A DNA stretch of 36,493 nucleotides from Sedimentisphaerales bacterium. GTDB lineage: Bacteria > Planctomycetota > Phycisphaerae > Sedimentisphaerales > SM23-30. The stretch spans positions 1 to 36,493 of the forward strand of contig CAXXFK010000039.1 of NCBI GenBank assembly GCA_963663965.2. Reading direction: 5' to 3'. This document shows, in pieces, positions 9,102 to 17,778 of this stretch. Position numbers and translations under genes: made by a program. The first letter of the stretch is position 1; each line of letters begins with the position of its first letter. The notes under the pieces were generated by a model. It worked only from the letters and a program-made list of their open reading frames with translations, had not been told where the DNA came from and searched no databases.

Positions 9102-10514
9102 ATGAATCGTGTTTCGTGTTCACGCCGAAGTTTTTTAAAACAATGCGGCGCAACCTTTCTGGCCGGATCATTATTACCCGCAGGTTGCAAAGCCCAAACC
9201 CAATCCGGGCCGAACCGCAAACCTAATATTCTATTCATTCTAACCGACGATCATCGCTGGGATGCGCTGGGTTGTGTCAATCCAATCGTCATTACTCCCA
9301 ATATGGACCAGTTAGCCCACGACGGGATTCTTTTTAATAATATGTTTGTCACCACCAGCATCTGCTGTACCAGCCGGGCTTCGATCTTTACCGGACAATA
9401 CGCCAGCCGGCATGGCATTCATAACTTCTCGAAAAATTTTACACCGGAACAATTATCTCAAACCTACCCGGCCCTTTTACAGCAAAATGGCTATCGAACC
9501 GGTTTTATCGGTAAATATGGCGTAGGCAATAAAATGCCGGCTGACCAGTTCGATTACTGGAAGGGATTCCCAGGGCAGGGCCAATACGAAAAGAATAAGG
9601 ATGAAAACGGCCAGCCAATCCACCTGACCCGATTAATGGGCAACCAGGCTGTCGAGTTTCTAGAGGGCTGTTCTAGGGAGCAACCATTCTGTTTATCGAT
9701 CAGTTTCAAGGCACCCCATTGCCAGGATGGCGATCCCCGGCAGTTTTTATATGATCCCGCTTATAAAGATTTGTATCAGGATACGGTTATACCTCCGGCA
9801 CCCCGAGGCAGCCAGGCTGATTGGGATCGGTTCCCAGAGTTCTTCAAGGCCAGCAATGAAGCGCGCAACCGCTGGGAAATCCGCTTCTCGACCCCGGAAC
9901 TGTATCAGGAAATGGTGAAAGGGTATTACCGCCTGATTTATGGCGTCGATGTCCAATTGGGCCGCATTCGCAGCAAATTACAGGAGATGGGAGTGGCGGA
10001 CAATACCATTATTGTTTTAACCGGCGATAACGGTTTTTACCTTGGCGAGCATGGCCTGGCCGGTAAGTGGTATGCGCATGAAGAATCGATCCGGGTACCT
10101 CTGATCATTTATGACCCGCGCCAACCCAAATCGCAACAGGGGCGCCACCGTGATGACTATGCACTTAACATAGATATCGCCCCAACTTTACTGGCTTATG
10201 CCGGTATTACCGCACCAGCCAATATGCAAGGCCGGGACATCTCGGCTTTATTGAAAAATAAGATTAAATCATGGCGACAAGATTTTTATTACGAACACCT
10301 CTTTAACCATGCTGCCATTCCGAAATCCCAGGCTCTTGTAACCAAGCATTATAAATATATCCAGTGGATTGATCAGGATCCGGTCTATGAAGAATTGTAC
10401 GACCTCCAAACCGACCCTGGAGAAATCAGAAATGAGATTTCCAATCCCCAGTATCAATCAATTCTCAACACCCTGCGTGCCCGTTTTGAAACCCTTAAAC
10501 GGAAGGCTAAGTAA
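9102..10514 (+). CDS. Formylglycine-dependent (S1) sulfatase with twin-arginine signal
   Basis: SRRSFLK Tat motif, [68 protein letters not shown]. Confidence 0.92.
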   Translation: MNRVSCSRRSFLKQCGATFLAGSLLPAGCKAQTQSGPNRKPNILFILTDDHRWDALGCVNPIVITPNMDQLAHDGILFNNMFVTTSICCTSRASIFTGQYASRHGIHNFSKNFTPEQLSQTYPALLQQNGYRTGFIGKYGVGNKMPADQFDYWKGFPGQGQYEKNKDENGQPIHLTRLMGNQAVEFLEGCSREQPFCLSISFKAPHCQDGDPRQFLYDPAYKDLYQDTVIPPAPRGSQADWDRFPEFFKASNEARNRWEIRFSTPELYQEMVKGYYRLIYGVDVQLGRIRSKLQEMGVADNTIIVLTGDNGFYLGEHGLAGKWYAHEESIRVPLIIYDPRQPKSQQGRHRDDYALNIDIAPTLLAYAGITAPANMQGRDISALLKNKIKSWRQDFYYEHLFNHAAIPKSQALVTKHYKYIQWIDQDPVYEELYDLQTDPGEIRNEISNPQYQSILNTLRARFETLKRKAK

Positions 10515-10516
10515 TA

Positions 10517-10541
10517 TAACGTATTATAAATAAAGTGCTTA
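10517..10541. promoter_or_regulatory. 25-bp palindromic intergenic motif, copy 2
   Basis: TAA CGTA TTA TAAAT AAA GTGC TTA. Confidence 0.5.
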
Positions 10542-10593
10542 ATTAATATCAAGCTTCCCTGAACGGGTGATTCCCACTTAAGCATATCATCGT

Positions 10594-10631
10594 AAGGGAG
10601 GGCGATTTTGATAATTTATTATCCCTCCCTT
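10594..10631. repeat. 9-bp inverted repeat (possible hairpin) between the sulfatase and glyQS
   Basis: AAGGGAGGG-N20-CCCTCCCTT; there is no T tract, so it is not a clear intrinsic terminator. Confidence 0.45.
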
Positions 10632-10657
10632 GCTGGAATGAATTAATCAGGTATAAT
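10630..10657 (+). promoter_or_regulatory. Candidate sigma70 promoter of glyQS
   Basis: TTGCTG-N16-TATAAT, about 90 nt upstream of the ATG. Confidence 0.5.
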
Positions 10658-10704
10658 AAACATTTTGTCAACGCAAATAGCGCTGATCGTGTTTTGGTAT
10701 ATCA

Positions 10705-10729
10705 TAACTTGTTAATTTATAAGTTCTTA
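10705..10729. promoter_or_regulatory. 25-bp palindromic intergenic motif, copy 3
   Basis: TAA CTTG TTA ATTTA TAA GTTC TTA. Confidence 0.5.
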
Positions 10730-10749
10730 CAATAATAGAGAGGACCCAT

Positions 10750-12204
10750 ATGGCTGGATCAATCAAGAAACTGGACGAACTGGTAGCCTTGTGCAAACGG
10801 CGTGGATTTATCTTCCAGAGCAGCGATATTTATGGTGGGCTAGCCAGTTGTTACGATTACGGCCCATTGGGTTCTGAGTTAAAGCGTAATGTAAAAAATG
10901 CCTGGTGGAAATCAGTGGTCCAGATGCGGGATGATATGGTTGGGGTTGATTGCAGTATCCTGATGCATCCCATGGTCTGGAAATCATCGGGACATGTCGA
11001 TAAGTTTGCCGATCTGATTGCCGAGTGTAAAAAATGTAATACTCGAACCCGGGCCGATCATCTTGCCAATGCCGAGGGAAAAACGACTGAAGGGGCTAAA
11101 ACGGCGGCAGAATTAGCGGACAAGGTCTGTCCCAAATGTCAGACAGTCGGGCAATTTACTGAACCTATGCCCTTTAAATTAATGTTTGAAACTAAAATGG
11201 GCGCCAATGCCGATGACTCTATGACCGTTTATCTGCGGCCGGAAACCGCACAGGGGATATTTGCCAATTTTCGTAATGTGCTGGACAGCACGCGGGTAAA
11301 AGTGCCGTTTGGTATTGCTCAGATGGGCAAGAGTTTCCGTAACGAAGTGACGACGAAAGCGTTTATTTTCCGGACCCGGGAATTTGAACAGATGGAGATC
11401 GAGTTTTTCTGTAAACCGGGTACCGATGATGAATGGTATGAACACTGGAAAGAACAGCGCCTGAACTGGTATTATAACCTGGGCATTCGCAAGGAAAACC
11501 TGCGTTTCCGTAAACATGAGGATGACGAACTGGCGCATTACGCCAAAGGTTGTGTTGATATCGAATATCTGTTTCCGTTTGGCAAAGGTGACTGGCAGGA
11601 ACTGGAAGGTATCGCGAATCGGACCGACTTCGATTTGCGTCAGCACCAACGTGGTATGCGTTCCGTGACGCAATGGATTGAGAATGGACGTAATACGGAA
11701 ATAACCCCATTGCTTCCAGAAGCGGAAGACTGGCATAAAGGGCCGTTAAGTTTCTTTGATGAAGAAGAAAAAAGCCGCTTTATTCCTTATGTCATCGAAC
11801 CTTCGGCAGGCGCGGACCGCGGGACACTGGCGTTTCTGGTTGATGCTTATTGTGAAGAAGAGGTTAAGGATGGCGAAACCCGAAATGTATTGAAATTCCA
11901 TCCCGCTCTGGCGCCTATCAAAGCCGCCATATTCCCGCTGGTTAAAAAAGATGGCATGCCGGAAAAAGCCCGCGCCATCTACGATGACCTGAAGAAGTTG
12001 TTTAACTGTTTCTATGATGAAAAAGGCGCGGTTGGACGGCGTTATCGCCGGCAGGATGAAGCCGGGACACCGTATTGCATCACCGTTGACGGTCAGACCA
12101 ATGAAGATGGCACGGTGACTGTTCGTGACCGTGATTCCATGGAACAGGTACGAATCAATTCGGATCAAATCCGAACTTATCTGCGTGAAAAGCTTGGTCT
12201 CTAA
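10750..12204 (+). CDS. glyQS: Glycine--tRNA ligase, homodimeric (alpha2) type
   Basis: CKRRGFIF...YDYGPLG, YLRPETAQG, GKSFRNE...FIFRTREFEQMEIE, ELEGIANRTDFDL, PYVIEPSAG, anticodon domain GRRYRRQDEAGTP. Confidence 0.96.
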   Translation: MAGSIKKLDELVALCKRRGFIFQSSDIYGGLASCYDYGPLGSELKRNVKNAWWKSVVQMRDDMVGVDCSILMHPMVWKSSGHVDKFADLIAECKKCNTRTRADHLANAEGKTTEGAKTAAELADKVCPKCQTVGQFTEPMPFKLMFETKMGANADDSMTVYLRPETAQGIFANFRNVLDSTRVKVPFGIAQMGKSFRNEVTTKAFIFRTREFEQMEIEFFCKPGTDDEWYEHWKEQRLNWYYNLGIRKENLRFRKHEDDELAHYAKGCVDIEYLFPFGKGDWQELEGIANRTDFDLRQHQRGMRSVTQWIENGRNTEITPLLPEAEDWHKGPLSFFDEEEKSRFIPYVIEPSAGADRGTLAFLVDAYCEEEVKDGETRNVLKFHPALAPIKAAIFPLVKKDGMPEKARAIYDDLKKLFNCFYDEKGAVGRRYRRQDEAGTPYCITVDGQTNEDGTVTVRDRDSMEQVRINSDQIRTYLREKLGL

Positions 12205-12280
12205 TATCGCGAATAATCATACCGGCGCCGGTGTAATACTGTCTTGATTGCAAATGACTCTATTGCTGACATTATCAATA

Positions 12281-12583
12281 ATGGCATTCGATTACGAATT
12301 GAAAAACAAGGCTGTTATCCTGCCGGTTAAGGCTGTGCCAGGCAGTTCCAAATCCCGCTTCGCCGGGATCTGGGATCATAAACTGAAGATTGCCATTGCC
12401 GCGCCGCCGGAAAAAGGCAAGGCGAACAAGGAATTGATCCGTTTTCTGGCCAAAACCTTAAAAATTTCGAAAAGTGATATTCAAATTATCGCGGGCGAGC
12501 ATGATACCCATAAAAAGGTTCAGTTGGCGTATAGCGATCCCGCGGAAATCATTGACAAACTCTCATTGCTTATATCAACTTGA
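12281..12583 (+). CDS. DUF167 / YggU-family protein
   Basis: VKAVPGSSK...LKIAIAAPPEKGKANKELIRFLAK.L.I.KSDI.II.G...K signature. Start is uncertain (12248-12281). Confidence 0.88.
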   Translation: MAFDYELKNKAVILPVKAVPGSSKSRFAGIWDHKLKIAIAAPPEKGKANKELIRFLAKTLKISKSDIQIIAGEHDTHKKVQLAYSDPAEIIDKLSLLIST

Positions 12584-12683
12584 TCTTTGGCCGATTGTTT
12601 TGTAATACCTTAACAATTCGAAATGGATGTATCGTTTGTTTATTGTGAATCTTTTATGAGAGAAATTATCCAGGGCATATAGA

Positions 12684-13217
12684 ATGTACGGAAACTTTCA
12701 AACTGTTTATCTGGGGGTGGGCAGCAATATCGGCGATCGGGCCGGATCCATCAACAAGGCGCTGGCCATACTGGAAGACTCGCCCGGGGTTCAGTTGGAA
12801 CGTGTATCGCCTGTGATTGAGACCCGCGCCATTGGCGGCCCGGCCATGCAGGCTCGCTATCTCAATGCGGCTGTGCGAGTCCAGTATAGCTCGACTCCAG
12901 TTAAATTACTGGAACTGTTAATGACCATTGAAAAGCGTCTGGGGCGTATCCGGACCAGTGAAAAATGGGCGCCCCGCACCATCGATCTGGATATTCTGCT
13001 ATTTAATAATGAGATAATCGAACTGGACGAACCGCCTCTTGCCATCCCGCATCCACTGATGCAGAGCCGGTTGTTTGTGTTGGGGCCCTTGTCGTTAATC
13101 GCACCGAACGTGGTTCATCCCAAACTGAATAAAACCATTAGTGAATTGCTGGCCGATTTACAAAAAGAGTTGGGTGTTACCGGATTCGATTTGCCACTCA
13201 TGAATGATGGAGAATAA
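12684..13217 (+). CDS. folK: 2-amino-4-hydroxy-6-hydroxymethyldihydropteridine diphosphokinase
   Basis: VYLGVGSNIGDR, YLNAAV, IEKRLGRIR..KWAPRTIDLDILL, IPHP.M..R.FVL.PL. Confidence 0.95.
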   Translation: MYGNFQTVYLGVGSNIGDRAGSINKALAILEDSPGVQLERVSPVIETRAIGGPAMQARYLNAAVRVQYSSTPVKLLELLMTIEKRLGRIRTSEKWAPRTIDLDILLFNNEIIELDEPPLAIPHPLMQSRLFVLGPLSLIAPNVVHPKLNKTISELLADLQKELGVTGFDLPLMNDGE

Positions 13218-13226
13218 AGGAAGGGT

Positions 13227-13892
13227 ATGGCGTCAAAAACAATCCATGACGACATCTTGCCGCCTGCGCCAAAGGCATCACATCTCATTGCGGTTTCCGG
13301 CCTGATAGGGGTTGGCAAAACGACACTGGCGAACCAATTGGCTACCCTTTTATCCGGTCGGATGATCCATGAAGAATATTTCAACAACCCGTTTCTGGCT
13401 CGCCAGTTTCAAGGTGACCGGGAGGCGGCGTTGCCTTCGGAGTTGTATTTTCTGTTGAGCCGGGCTCGTCAACTGGACCGGACCAATTTGCAGGGCAGTC
13501 CAATCGCGGTCTGTGATTATATCTTTCAGAAAAACCGGATTTTTGCGGGTTTATGTCTGGATAGCGAACAATTCGCGATATATGACCGCGTCGAGCGTTC
13601 CATTCTCCCCTATCTGACAAGACCCAGTATTGTCATCTATTTGAATGATCACATCGAAAATTGTCTTCAACGCATTGCCGGCCGGGGAAGAGATTACGAG
13701 CGAACCATTTCGGCGGAATGGCTGGAACGACTGCATCGAAAATACGAAACCATGTTCGAATACTGGTCTGATTGCCCGTTAATTCGGATAGAGTGTAACG
13801 AATTTGATTTTCGTCAAAAAGCGGATGTCCTGAATGTCCTCGAACGGATAAAAGAGGTGGCGCCGTCACTGTTTAATGATTCTGGTTTATAA
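13227..13892 (+). CDS. Deoxynucleoside kinase family protein
   Basis: P-loop GLIGVGKTT, E...NPFL..F, DYIFQKNRIFA, lid RIAGRGRDYE; follows folK, a common linkage. Confidence 0.9.
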   Translation: MASKTIHDDILPPAPKASHLIAVSGLIGVGKTTLANQLATLLSGRMIHEEYFNNPFLARQFQGDREAALPSELYFLLSRARQLDRTNLQGSPIAVCDYIFQKNRIFAGLCLDSEQFAIYDRVERSILPYLTRPSIVIYLNDHIENCLQRIAGRGRDYERTISAEWLERLHRKYETMFEYWSDCPLIRIECNEFDFRQKADVLNVLERIKEVAPSLFNDSGL

Positions 13893-13905
13893 TCTGGAGT
13901 CTGAT

Positions 13906-14166
13906 ATGGAATTATTGTTCAAATACTATTGTACCGACTGGATTGCCACGGTTTTGACTATGGTTGGACTCTGGAAAGTCGGTAACCGTAACCGGTATGG
14001 ATTTGTCATTATGGTCATGGCGAATTTTTTCTGGTTGATTTTTTCTATTCTGGCGCAAAGTCCCGCGACCAGTCTTGCTAATATTATCGTGGGAATTATG
14101 AATATGCGGGGTTTCTTAAAATGGCAAAAAGAAGATAAAACGCTGGCTGAGACCACGACGGACTAA
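13906..14166 (+). CDS. Small 3-TM membrane protein resembling half of a PnuC transporter
   Basis: 86 aa with three hydrophobic segments: DWIATVL..VGLW.VG.RNRYGF.....ANFFW.....GFLKW. GGAG RBS precedes ATG 13906. Confidence 0.6.
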   Translation: MELLFKYYCTDWIATVLTMVGLWKVGNRNRYGFVIMVMANFFWLIFSILAQSPATSLANIIVGIMNMRGFLKWQKEDKTLAETTTD

Positions 14167-14387
14167 ATAAACATTGGATATGGAAAATCGATAAGTAATC
14201 ATGGTGGCAAGATGGGTAAAATGTGATGTTTGGGCGAATTATATCAATCATTGGGATTTTGTGGCTTATCTCAGTTTAATCCTGGTTCAGTGATATCCTG
14301 CCAGGCATTAAACGACAGAATTTTTGGCCTTTTTAAAGAAATTTCTCCAAATTTGCGTAACATTCGCTATAATAAACAGACTTAATA

Positions 14388-14423
14388 CTTATCGAAGGTT
14401 CTGTTTTCGATAAGCTTTTGTTT
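14388..14423 (+). terminator. Hairpin with T-rich tail; possible terminator or operator
   Basis: CTTATCGAA-N9-TTCGATAAG followed by CTTTTGTTT. Confidence 0.4.
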
Positions 14424-14587
14424 GAGTTAGGCTTATGATTCAGTGCCGATATGGTTAAGTCAAATTCAAGCCTGTTCAATTGATTACCCACGGAGGGTGG
14501 GTATCATGCCTGAATTGCATGCCCAGTGTTCGGATATGCCAATCCGATTAGAATTCTGTAAAATATTGGTTCAATTCACGTTAGCTT

Positions 14588-16138
14588 ATGATACGTTTTA
14601 CGATATATCAAGATGGTAAGAAGCCGGATAAACTGGATCCGTCCAGTATTTACTTGTTTGGTCAGGATGAGATCCCTGTTCGTAATCAAGTCGAATATGT
14701 CGATGGGGAGTTAATGGGTATGCGCCACAGCGATACGGCTGTGGGATTGGTGACCCTGTGGAATATTAATGGTTTTGGCAAGGTAGTCCAGCAAACCACC
14801 CGTTTGCCGGAGCGAAAACAGCCTTACAATCTCAATGTTGAGATCGTTCGTGGTCGACTTCTGAGGGTATCGCAAAAACGTGAAGAATGGGGCATGTCTG
14901 AACTGACGCTGACTGAACAGCAACACGAGTTGCTGGATAACGCGTTGGAGTATTTTATTGACGCGCTCTGTAACTTGAATGAAGAAGAAAAAGCGTCCTT
15001 GCTTGCTGATAAGGCATTGGCCTATGCCATGCATGCCGGCGAAGAGATGGCGCTGTCTCACGCCAAAATATTCCTGGGGCGTCGCGCGTCGACCCAGGGT
15101 ATTAACCGGCATTGTTTTGGCGCCTGTATCGATCCGGGCCGGATGCATGATAAAGACTATCTGCGGTTTATTCGCGACCAGTTTACTTATGTGACGATTC
15201 CAATCGCCTGGCGGCAATTGGAGCCGGAAGAACATCAGCAGAAATATGATGTTCTGGATGAATGCATCAACTGGCTGCATAAGCATAAAATAGCCGTTAA
15301 GGTTGGCCCGCTTCTGCAGTTTACGCCATCCTTTTTGCCGGATTGGCTGTTTATCTGGGAACACGATTTCGAGCAGGTTCGCGATATGGCGATGGAGTTT
15401 GTTAAAACGACGGTCGAACGTTACGGCAAGCATGTCCAGGCCTGGAATGTCGTTAGCGGAATGAATTCGGAAAATTGTTTCAAATTCAGTTTTGAACAGA
15501 TTGTCGAGATGACGCGTTCGGCGGTTATGGTCTCCCGGCAGGCGGGTCCCAAATCGTTGCATCTGATCGAAGTGGCTGAACCCTGGGGCGGTTATTATGC
15601 CCAGAATCAGCGTACTATTCCGCCGATTTACTATATGGATATGATTTGTCAAAGCGGCGCCAATTTCGATGGTTTTGGCTTGAAGATGCGGTTTGGGCGA
15701 GGCAGCGGCGGCATGCAGACACGCGACATGCTGGATATTTCCACCTTGCTTGATAAGCTCAGTGTATTTGGTAAACCGTTGCATATTGACGCGTTACAGG
15801 TTCCCAGCCAGAAAGACAACCGGGACAAGAATGGCGACGCCGGATACTGGCATATGCCCTGGTCCGAAGCCATGCAGGCCGACTGGGTCGAACGCGTGTA
15901 TCAGATTGCGTTGAGCAAACCTTTTGTGGAAGCGGTGACCTGGCGCGATCTGACCGATCGTCCGGAAGGCGCCCTGCAGCATGGCGGTTTATGCCGGCCG
16001 GATCTGATGCCCAAACCGGCTTTCACGCGATTGATTCAGTTGCGTGATGAATTGCTGAATATCAGCCAGAAAAATGGAGCAGTTAAAAATGGTGACAATC
16101 CCTCAGTTGCCAGGGAGACGCCAGCCTCTGAAGACTGA
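14588..16138 (+). CDS. GH10-like TIM-barrel protein, probably non-catalytic and cytoplasmic
   Basis: GH10-like pattern (F..V.IP..W..LEP, P.W, V.RY...V..W.VV, KPLHI, V..VTW, GL...D..PKPAF). WNVVSG replaces WDVVNE and HIDAL replaces ITE. No signal peptide. Confidence 0.75.
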   Translation: MIRFTIYQDGKKPDKLDPSSIYLFGQDEIPVRNQVEYVDGELMGMRHSDTAVGLVTLWNINGFGKVVQQTTRLPERKQPYNLNVEIVRGRLLRVSQKREEWGMSELTLTEQQHELLDNALEYFIDALCNLNEEEKASLLADKALAYAMHAGEEMALSHAKIFLGRRASTQGINRHCFGACIDPGRMHDKDYLRFIRDQFTYVTIPIAWRQLEPEEHQQKYDVLDECINWLHKHKIAVKVGPLLQFTPSFLPDWLFIWEHDFEQVRDMAMEFVKTTVERYGKHVQAWNVVSGMNSENCFKFSFEQIVEMTRSAVMVSRQAGPKSLHLIEVAEPWGGYYAQNQRTIPPIYYMDMICQSGANFDGFGLKMRFGRGSGGMQTRDMLDISTLLDKLSVFGKPLHIDALQVPSQKDNRDKNGDAGYWHMPWSEAMQADWVERVYQIALSKPFVEAVTWRDLTDRPEGALQHGGLCRPDLMPKPAFTRLIQLRDELLNISQKNGAVKNGDNPSVARETPASED

Positions 16139-16228
16139 CCGGATTATGGTGGCGGATGAAATATTGATTTTTGAAACGTCTTTATGTTGGTGTCGGTTCA
16201 ACAGTGTTCATGCCATGATCGGTTGCTC

Positions 16229-16963
16229 ATGAAATTTACTTTTCCCAGTTTATCTGATCATCAATGTGAAAAGTTTTCCAATTTCGCTGAGATGCTTATG
16301 CAGGCGAATCTGCAGTATAATCTGACCGCCGTGCGAAATCGAGAAGAAATTTATTTGCGTCACTTTGCCGATTCGCTTATGCCTTTATCGGTTACGGATC
16401 TGGATCTTTTTAAACGAAAAGCAATCTCGATGATCGATATCGGTTCCGGAGCCGGATTGCCGGGTTTAGCCCTGGCAGTAGCACGCGGCGGCTGGAGCGT
16501 GACGAGTCTGGAAGCGACCGGCAAGAAAGTATGTTTTCAGCAGCAAGTGGTTGACGCTCTCGATCTGGCCAATGTTCGAGTTATTCAAGGGCGCGCCGAA
16601 GAAGTCGCACACGAAGCCATTTATCGTGAACGCTTTCATCTGGTGACGGCTCGCGCGGTGGCGTCGTTGACAGCCCTGGTCGAGATTGGTTTGCCGTTTC
16701 TTCGCCCGAATGGCCTATTGCTGGTCTGGAAGGGCCCGGCAGTGGAAAAAGAAATCGATCAGGCTGGTCATGCCCTGGATCTGCTCCATGGCGAACTGGA
16801 GCAGGTGGTTGAATATAACCTGAGAGAACCGGCCAGTTGGCTGGACGTTCCAGTTAATGAGGATTATCCCGATTTTAATCTGGTTATGATCCGCAAGACT
16901 TCATCACTATCCAGTCAAAAATATCCCCGTAACTACAACTTGATCAAGAATCAACCACTATGA
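16229..16963 (+). CDS. rsmG: 16S rRNA m7G527 methyltransferase RsmG (GidB)
   Basis: NLTAV, RHFADSL, IDIGSGAGLPG, EATGKK..F, GRAEE, VTARAVA, KYPR. Start may be 16184 or 16229. Confidence 0.95.
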   Translation: MKFTFPSLSDHQCEKFSNFAEMLMQANLQYNLTAVRNREEIYLRHFADSLMPLSVTDLDLFKRKAISMIDIGSGAGLPGLALAVARGGWSVTSLEATGKKVCFQQQVVDALDLANVRVIQGRAEEVAHEAIYRERFHLVTARAVASLTALVEIGLPFLRPNGLLLVWKGPAVEKEIDQAGHALDLLHGELEQVVEYNLREPASWLDVPVNEDYPDFNLVMIRKTSSLSSQKYPRNYNLIKNQPL

Positions 16964-17778
16964 CGATATCTCAAGACAGAGAATTGATTATTGAAATCGA
17001 TTCTGTTTCACTGGAGCGATCCGGCCGGGTGATTCTGGACGGTATTAACTGGGGAGTTACACGTGGCAGTATTGCGGCCCTGGTAGGGCCCAATGGCTCA
17101 GGGAAATCGACACTGGTGTCAGTGATGGGTGGGTATATATGGCCGAGTTGTGGCTTGGTTCGAGTGTTAGGGCAGCGATATGGCGCAATTGATTTACAGG
17201 AACTCCGTAAGCGTATTGGCATCATTGAAACATCTCGAGCGCCGGAGTTTGTCCATGGACTTACCGTGAGAGACGTTGTGGCCACGGGGTTGTTCAGCGC
17301 ATTTATGCTGCTGCGTAAAGAAGAAATCGGACTGGAACAGTGGCGGCAGATCGACACCGAGCTGGAGCGCTTATTGTTGATGGATTTATGTGATCAACCG
17401 TGGCGGAAGTTGTCTACCGGAGAAAAGGCGCGGACTCTCATCGCGCGGGCCATGGTGGCCCGTCCGGAATTACTTATCCTTGATGAACCGGCGTCCGGAT
17501 TGGATATTGCCGGGCGGTTTCGTTTTGTTAAATTACTCGAGACACTTCATCGGCGGCCGGATGCCCCCACGATGATTATCGTGACTCATCATCTGGATGA
17601 ATTACCAGCAACGACCGATTCTGTCGCTTTAATGAAAGATGGGCGAATCGATTTTCAGGGATCGGCTTCAGACACACTGACCAGCATGACTATGAGCCAG
17701 ACATTTGATTGCCCCATCGAAGTTGAGAGACAAAATGGTTATTATTCGGCCAGGGTGATGGATAATTCCGCTGAATAG
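16960..17778 (+). CDS. Stand-alone ABC ATP-binding protein (ModF/YlmA-like)
   Basis: Walker A GPNGSGKST, signature LSTGE, Walker B LLILDEP, H-loop VTHH; ATGA overlap with rsmG. No permease nearby. Confidence 0.88.
   Translation: MTISQDRELIIEIDSVSLERSGRVILDGINWGVTRGSIAALVGPNGSGKSTLVSVMGGYIWPSCGLVRVLGQRYGAIDLQELRKRIGIIETSRAPEFVHGLTVRDVVATGLFSAFMLLRKEEIGLEQWRQIDTELERLLLMDLCDQPWRKLSTGEKARTLIARAMVARPELLILDEPASGLDIAGRFRFVKLLETLHRRPDAPTMIIVTHHLDELPATTDSVALMKDGRIDFQGSASDTLTSMTMSQTFDCPIEVERQNGYYSARVMDNSAE

Noticed and set aside
10515..10749. T-box or glycine riboswitch upstream of glyQS
   Set aside because: No T-box AAGGTGGTACC motif or terminator/antiterminator pair. The 9-bp inverted repeat lies upstream of the candidate promoter.
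14711..15784. 357-aa antisense ORF, and similar shadow ORFs (3266-3949, 11179-11736, 20382-20948, 26206-26841, 29940-30575, 34847-35566)
   Set aside because: They lie opposite well-supported genes, have no recognisable motifs and are typical codon-bias shadows.
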